Assembly (NCBI GenBank): GCA_000175855.1
Contig: ACYB01000006.1
Coordinates: forward strand, 30,001-62,000
DNA from: Raphidiopsis brookii D9
GTDB lineage: Bacteria; Cyanobacteriota; Cyanobacteriia; Cyanobacteriales; Nostocaceae
Length of the DNA: 32,000 nt
Reading direction: 5' to 3'
A program made the position numbers and the translations under genes. How positions within the stretch are numbered: the stretch's first letter is position 1; each line of letters begins with the position of its first letter. This document shows positions 28,601 to 32,000 of the stretch, in pieces. The notes below the pieces were generated by a model. That model worked only from the letters and a program-made list of their open reading frames with translations. It had not been told where the DNA came from and ran no database searches.

Positions 28601-29138
28601 AACCAATGTCTTTGATGCCAGTTGTTTTTAAGTGGACAATTAGTGCTGGTACAGTTTGACTAATTATTTGTTTTATTTGTTCCTGGTTTGTTAATTGCTG
28701 GGATGAGGAAAATTCTCCACGTTTTTGCTCTAATTCTCTAATTTCCTGGCTGAGATTGGCCCTTTGTTGCAACATAGTAGATAATTCGGTCTGCAGGGAT
28801 TTGAATAAACCCATCATTTCCCCTTGAAGCTGTTCTGAAACCAAATTAGTATTTTCTTGTTTATTCTCATGCAAGTCTAGGTGTGACTCTTCTTGTTCTC
28901 TATTAACATATCTTGTTAATAAAGAGGATAATGGTGCAGATTGGGGTTGATCAGTAAAAACCTCTTCTATAGACTCAGTTTCATGCAGATCTACCAAAAA
29001 ACGGCGTATTTTTTGTAAAATGGTTCTTTCATCCTGTCCTTGACCAGATAGCAATTTGGCTAGAGGGTTACCACTATTAGAGAGCAAGTTATCAATATCC
29101 AGAATTAGTCTTTCAATTTCATCTATGCGGGAGGTCAC
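25671..29138 (-). CDS. Large (1155 aa) uncharacterised protein: coiled-coil N-terminus, acidic linker, Hsp70/actin-fold ATPase-like domain, unique C-terminus
   Basis: Uninterrupted 3.47-kb ORF with a GTG start. It contains SWYLGIDLGTTGISAAL (phosphate-1, compare DnaK GIDLGTTNS). It also contains LTLNIGASATEMVLVDL (at the phosphate-2 position) and VVISGGVSSIPTIKRWLGQKL (adenosine motif, compare LVGGSTRIP). Confidence 0.8.
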   Translation of the reverse strand: MTSRIDEIERLILDIDNLLSNSGNPLAKLLSGQGQDERTILQKIRRFLVDLHETESIEEVFTDQPQSAPLSSLLTRYVNREQEESHLDLHENKQENTNLVSEQLQGEMMGLFKSLQTELSTMLQQRANLSQEIRELEQKRGEFSSSQQLTNQEQIKQIISQTVPALIVHLKTTGIKDIGLSSGENNPVINNSSMEAVLGSTSGIERLVNLTKELDQRLLSLDGTVNVIFQALERNINSYYQSLSQSLTRMHSQGIEGEQLMTDFIKSLQNNLQNNVPTFPVQPASFQAKPNEEISDLGSPPINYASPNLEDEVDELYASLFTDYSNEPVKLWESLLPEDSGTKAEFASIIMPSETEPDSNDTIAVLTDLLVDDGNNQFSKDEEITSIWENFDQDFSDREEKIEEDLAVDLFAGYIATSPEENPLDLGDRVSTNDEMLDTSELADAQQLESANCDITSFDWDLDSTWERITQVENSLSITNPSEDGLEDIVDQGMMLLESPNDENSSWYLGIDLGTTGISAALLNHAKLIVHPIYWSAEDKSGKTTFTQSFRLPAEVYLPTRSTPHPESENLETHQNISSNTGIDINKDSSISVETKPELYSTHLKPFLHIGVSYKNNQQKWEPVLQLNEFSSSPLIWVVRSLSKLLLTLKSDRTSTTPALTANATGMDKEVLLQVINHLRGVICSCPGNWSEQYRFNVRESILTSKLVSHANQIFFVEEAIATLLPELDPSSSKPVQVWDNEGIHPLKTTAGLSEGFTLTLNIGASATEMVLVDLPKDLSKLTHRNLTLHSFAYGGKAMEQDIICQLLLPPKTHQPHGETKQDNRKSENNSWHWEPTTPGLDQVEWSSLNLTGLELPQSAQTDTLTRTMLQQRLESSVLGRGMLDAAMAIKLILQHQELFTLKLADQCWKLYRQDLEREILVPYVRRLNRELNKLLVAKGVPAESITQVVISGGVSSIPTIKRWLGQKLPNGKIIQDLHPRGSGTISRCSRVAYGLATALLYPQFLEISRQQYTDYFLFSELLNIIPDIPSKEATLSLSLSEILQLLEGRGINTSVCQQRLLAFLEGQLPSGLVPITRKNPRSEDGVTENFNYLWLTKNSQENPDYRAISSTPLFQKQGNLTYRFDIPQILLLRRYLNAVKDCSLQSFSEPYTFN

Positions 29139-29239
29139 TTTAAATTACCTTAAATTAAAATTACGTTAACTAAATAATATACTTTGGATATTAATTATAT
29201 AACGACTTGTACACCATTCCCATTCCCATTCCTCATTCT

Positions 29240-29924
29240 ATGAATATTGCTAATTCTCCACTAGATCAGCCAGATCGAGAATCTAAAATCTCTCAACTTC
29301 CAGTTCAGGTTCCCTTGAGGTTAGTGGAAACGGCTATTTTTTGCCAGCACTTCTGCTCTGGTTTGGTTTATAAACTTTTACTTTCCCTTGGGTCCAGTTT
29401 TACGTGTATTGTTCTCAATTCCTATTGCTTTAGTTTATTTACGCTGGGGTAATCGTGCTTCTTGGATGGCAGCTATCACCTCTGGATTACTACTTTCAGT
29501 TTTGACTGGACCTGTTCGGAGTCTTCTATTTATTATGCCCTTTGCTTTTTTGGGTGTGTTATTGGGAGCAAGTTGGCATCGTCGCGTCCCTTGGTTTGTT
29601 TCCATCACTTTGGGCACTATATTATGTACATTAGGAGTGTTTTTTCGTCTCTGGTTACTTTCTATCTTATCTGGTGAGGATTTATGGATTTATCTAACTA
29701 ACCAAGTTACGGAAATTCTCCAGTGGTTATTTCTTAATCTACGTATATTAACTCCTCCCAGTACTTTGGGGGTTAAACTAGCAGCATTGCTACTAATTGT
29801 GATTAATAACTTAATTTATATGTTTATAGTCCACTTAGCAGCATGGTTACTATTAGAGCGTCTGGGAAATTCCATACCTAATCCACCACATTGGATACAA
29901 ACATTAATGAATTATGAAGATTAA
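29240..29924 (+). pseudogene. DUF2232-like polytopic membrane protein, split by a +1 frameshift in a T6 run at 29337-29342
   Basis: ATG at 29240 reads MNIANSPLDQPDRESKISQLPVQVPLRLVETAIF and then shifts frame. Removing one T gives ...ETAIFASTSALVWFINFYFPLGPVLRVLFSIPIALVYLRWGNRASW..., which is the 29388..29924 ORF. The length is 685 nt, i.e. 3n+1. Confidence 0.75.
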
Positions 29925-29926
29925 CT

Positions 29927-31048
29927 ATGATTAATACTTATACTCAAGTTAGTCAAGGTGAAAGATGGATACGAGATTATAAATCGGGTGCACCAGTTTT
30001 TGCCTGTGTTTTAGGTTTTACAGAAACCTGTTTGATTCCAGGTATTTCCGCTGCTGGTTTGACCCCAGAGGATAGAAAATATACTGCTTGTGCAGACGCT
30101 GAATTTTTGTACTATGGTGCCAATCATCCATCCCAATATTCCCTACCTCCCTTAATTGCTGGTGCTTCCCCAGTTTTGATTTCCCGCGCTGTCACAGCAG
30201 GGTTACAAATACCAGTTTATTTATTTAATGCAGGTCTACCCCTTATCCCCTCCTCCCCCTGTATTGATTTAAGTGGAACCGTAGCTCGGTGTTTAACTAC
30301 GGCTAGATCAATAGAATATAGTACTGTTCAATACTTGCTAAAACAAGGACTACTCTGGGGTGAAAAACTTAGCACTAATATTACATCCGGATATTTAATT
30401 TTGAGTGAGTGCGTTGTTGGTGGTACTACTACTGCTCTATCTGTTTTAACTGGTTTGGGAATTGATGCAGTTGGTAAGGTTAACAGTAGCCACCCCATTT
30501 GTAATCATGACCAAAAATGGTCTGTAGTCCAATCTGGTTTAAATAAGATAGGTAGTTTTAGTGATCCTTTGGAAATTGTAGCCGCAGTAGGAGACCCTAT
30601 GCAAATAGTAGTAGCTGGAATGGCGATCGCTGCTAGTCGCAAGTGTGGGGTTATACTAGGCGGCGGTACTCAGATGTTAGCGGTTTATGCATTGATGCAG
30701 GCAATTGGACAAGTTCATTCTTTATCCTGGCAACCGGAAGCAATTGTAGTGGGGACAACGCGCTGGGTCGTAGAAGATACTAGCGGAGCTACAATTGATT
30801 TGGCTTTGAGTTTAAGTAAAAATAGGTTTGCTGAAGGTCAAATTCCTCCCCCTCTTTTAGCTACACAGTTGAGTTTTGCCAATTCTATTTACCCTCAATT
30901 GCAAGCTTATGAGCAAGGATTTGTCAAGGAAGGTGTGGGCGCTGGTGCAGCTTGTATAGCTGCTTCCATGAGTTATGGTTGGCGACAGGAGGAAATTTTA
31001 ATGGCCGTTGAATTGCAGATGAAAAATATATATAAAAATACTTATTGA
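29927..31048 (+). CDS. CobT-like / UPF0284 (TIGR00303-type) nicotinate-nucleotide--dimethylbenzimidazole phosphoribosyltransferase homologue
   Basis: Reads FACVLGFTETCLIPGISAAGLTPEDRKYTACADAEFL, ECVVGGTTTALSVL and GDPMQIVVAGMAIAA. The start is 2 nt after the DUF2232-like stop, so the two are probably an operon. Confidence 0.8.
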   Translation: MINTYTQVSQGERWIRDYKSGAPVFACVLGFTETCLIPGISAAGLTPEDRKYTACADAEFLYYGANHPSQYSLPPLIAGASPVLISRAVTAGLQIPVYLFNAGLPLIPSSPCIDLSGTVARCLTTARSIEYSTVQYLLKQGLLWGEKLSTNITSGYLILSECVVGGTTTALSVLTGLGIDAVGKVNSSHPICNHDQKWSVVQSGLNKIGSFSDPLEIVAAVGDPMQIVVAGMAIAASRKCGVILGGGTQMLAVYALMQAIGQVHSLSWQPEAIVVGTTRWVVEDTSGATIDLALSLSKNRFAEGQIPPPLLATQLSFANSIYPQLQAYEQGFVKEGVGAGAACIAASMSYGWRQEEILMAVELQMKNIYKNTY

Positions 31049-31051
31049 GTA

Positions 31052-31465
31052 TTAATGAATTCTCATTCGTAACAACTGTTCTTCCAATGCTGCAATTCGG
31101 TTATAAGCTGCCGTTAATTGTGCAGTGAGGCGTTGGATCTGAACTTCTGGTGTGATGGTACTATCTCCTCCGTGCAGACGGTTATTTTCGGGAAAAATAC
31201 CATCAGTAATTACATCCTTATGTTCTAAATCCCTAGTTGAACTACTTGGGATTCTAACTGAGAAGTGTTCATTTTGGTTAGTTTCTGGATGACTATACTC
31301 GTTTGGATCTAAATAGCAATTTGCCAACCCTTGGGACAGTTTCCTGTCAAGGCTTTCAATTACTTGGTATAGAGCATCTACTTTCTGGCTTAAAGTGAGT
31401 ATTTGCTTTTTTAATGATTCCATTGAATACCTCTGATTCCCAAATATTATTTCCATGTTATTCAA
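31052..31465 (-). CDS. Hypothetical coiled-coil protein (137 aa; likely start MESLKKQ at 31423)
   Basis: ORF with heptad-like ends (SLKKQILTLSQKVDALYQVIESLDRKL; IQRLTAQLTAAYNRIAALEEQLL). I recognise no family. Its stop lies 3 nt from the convergent CobT-like stop. Confidence 0.5.
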   Translation of the reverse strand: MNNMEIIFGNQRYSMESLKKQILTLSQKVDALYQVIESLDRKLSQGLANCYLDPNEYSHPETNQNEHFSVRIPSSSTRDLEHKDVITDGIFPENNRLHGGDSTITPEVQIQRLTAQLTAAYNRIAALEEQLLRMRIH

Positions 31466-31581
31466 CTTACGGACATTGTTAAAAATACTTAGGATTTATT
31501 TAATCTTTCTTCAAAGTTAAGAACGGGACTATGGGGAATATAATTTAGCTTAAAGGATTGCTATATGGAATGGAGGAAAAT

Positions 31582-32000
31582 ATGGCATCGGACTTGCTAA
31601 TTCGCCAAGGTGAACTGTGGGATTTACAGGTTCTGGTTGAATTTAACCAGGCATTAATATATGAAACTGAAAACAAACCACTACCCATTAATGATATTAA
31701 TGCAGGTGTGGAAACAATATTAAAAAATCCCACTTTAGGATTTTATCTTTTAGCTCAGAAGAATAATCAGGTGGTTGGGTCCCTAATGGTGACTACAGAA
31801 TGGAGTGACTGGCGTAATGGTTTATACTGGTGGATTCAGAGTGTATACGTTGATCCGCATTTTCGTCGTCAAGGGGTTTTTAAAGCCTTATATCAAGCCG
31901 TGAAGCAGCGGGCAAAAACCCAAGCAAGTGGGCTGAAAGTTGCTGGGTTTAGACTTTATGTGGAAAAAGAGAATGCAATTGCCCAAAGGACTTATCAGTC
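31582..32000 (+). CDS. GNAT-family N-acetyltransferase (N-terminal ~139 aa; runs off the window)
   Basis: Absent from the ORF track because it is open-ended. GGAGG at 31572-31576 sits 5 nt before the ATG. The ORF reads MASDLLIRQGELWDL...VVGSLMVTTEWSDWRNGLYWWIQSVYVDPHFRRQGVFKALYQAV. The Q/RxxGxG/A-type acetyl-CoA motif is RRQGVF. Confidence 0.8.
   Translation, partial: MASDLLIRQGELWDLQVLVEFNQALIYETENKPLPINDINAGVETILKNPTLGFYLLAQKNNQVVGSLMVTTEWSDWRNGLYWWIQSVYVDPHFRRQGVFKALYQAVKQRAKTQASGLKVAGFRLYVEKENAIAQRTYQ

Larger units (their letters stand above)
1810..30630. repeat. Dispersed HIP1 octamers GCGATCGC (12 copies)
   Basis: Copies read at 1810, 3684, 4464, 14150, 14742, 15476, 16925, 21848, 22805, 24021, 24258 and 30623 (start coordinates). 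At an assumed ~40% GC, about 0.2 copies would be expected in 32 kb. The copies at 3681-3694 and 4461-4474 share the extended form TTGGCGATCGCCAG. Confidence 0.95.

Noticed and set aside
29207-29239. TTG-initiated extension MYTIPIPIPHS of the DUF2232-like gene, lying in the CATTCC x3 micro-repeat
   Set aside because: The in-frame ATG at 29240 is the more plausible start. The repeat is short and lies in the promoter/leader region.
31545-31733. 62-aa minus-strand ORF
   Set aside because: It is overlapped by the open-ended plus-strand GNAT gene, which has a GGAGG ribosome-binding site and the acetyl-CoA motif. The minus-frame product looks random.
1-32000. Defence island, prophage, integrative element or biosynthetic gene cluster
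   Set aside because: There are no integrase, transposase, phage, restriction-modification, Cas, toxin-antitoxin or PKS/NRPS signatures. HIP1 density and composition look uniform. The gene content is core cyanobacterial housekeeping.

Overview
This looks like a chromosomal, mostly housekeeping segment of a cyanobacterium. Evidence: roughly 40% GC by eye, 12 copies of the HIP1 octamer GCGATCGC, and psaC, ndhO and nblA. The proteins look Nostocales-like, but that taxon call is inference from memory. I count about 26 protein genes: partial gap, pstS, a YraN-type nuclease, a signal-peptide pentapeptide-repeat protein, a DUF3365 heme-c/HAMP sensor, an MscS-like channel with a cNMP-type domain, a standalone ATP-grasp ligase, ndhO, psaC, a small Cys-rich protein, fmt, a 420-aa membrane-anchored unknown, a sigma-70 factor, priA, kdpABC, anmK, nblA, a PP2C phosphatase, an ABC1/UbiB kinase, a 106-aa coiled-coil protein, a 1155-aa Hsp70/actin-fold protein, a DUF2232-like membrane protein, a CobT-like UPF0284 protein, a 137-aa unknown and a partial GNAT. 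I saw no tRNA/rRNA, CRISPR array, transposase, integrase or recognisable defence genes. The strongest sequence-level signal is that four conserved genes (pstS, the Cys-rich protein, PP2C, DUF2232-like) are each broken by one +/-1 indel inside a 5-6 nt homopolymer. That pattern fits homopolymer miscalls; if it is real, these are pseudogenes. The best candidates for uncharacterised biology are the giant coiled-coil/acidic/Hsp70-fold protein with its downstream 106-aa/ABC1/PP2C genes, the output-less heme-c-HAMP sensor next to an MscS channel with a degenerate, insertion-bearing cNMP domain, and an orphan plus-strand intrinsic terminator between ndhO and psaC. I do not see convincing evidence of a discrete novel multi-gene system, and the window reads as core genome.
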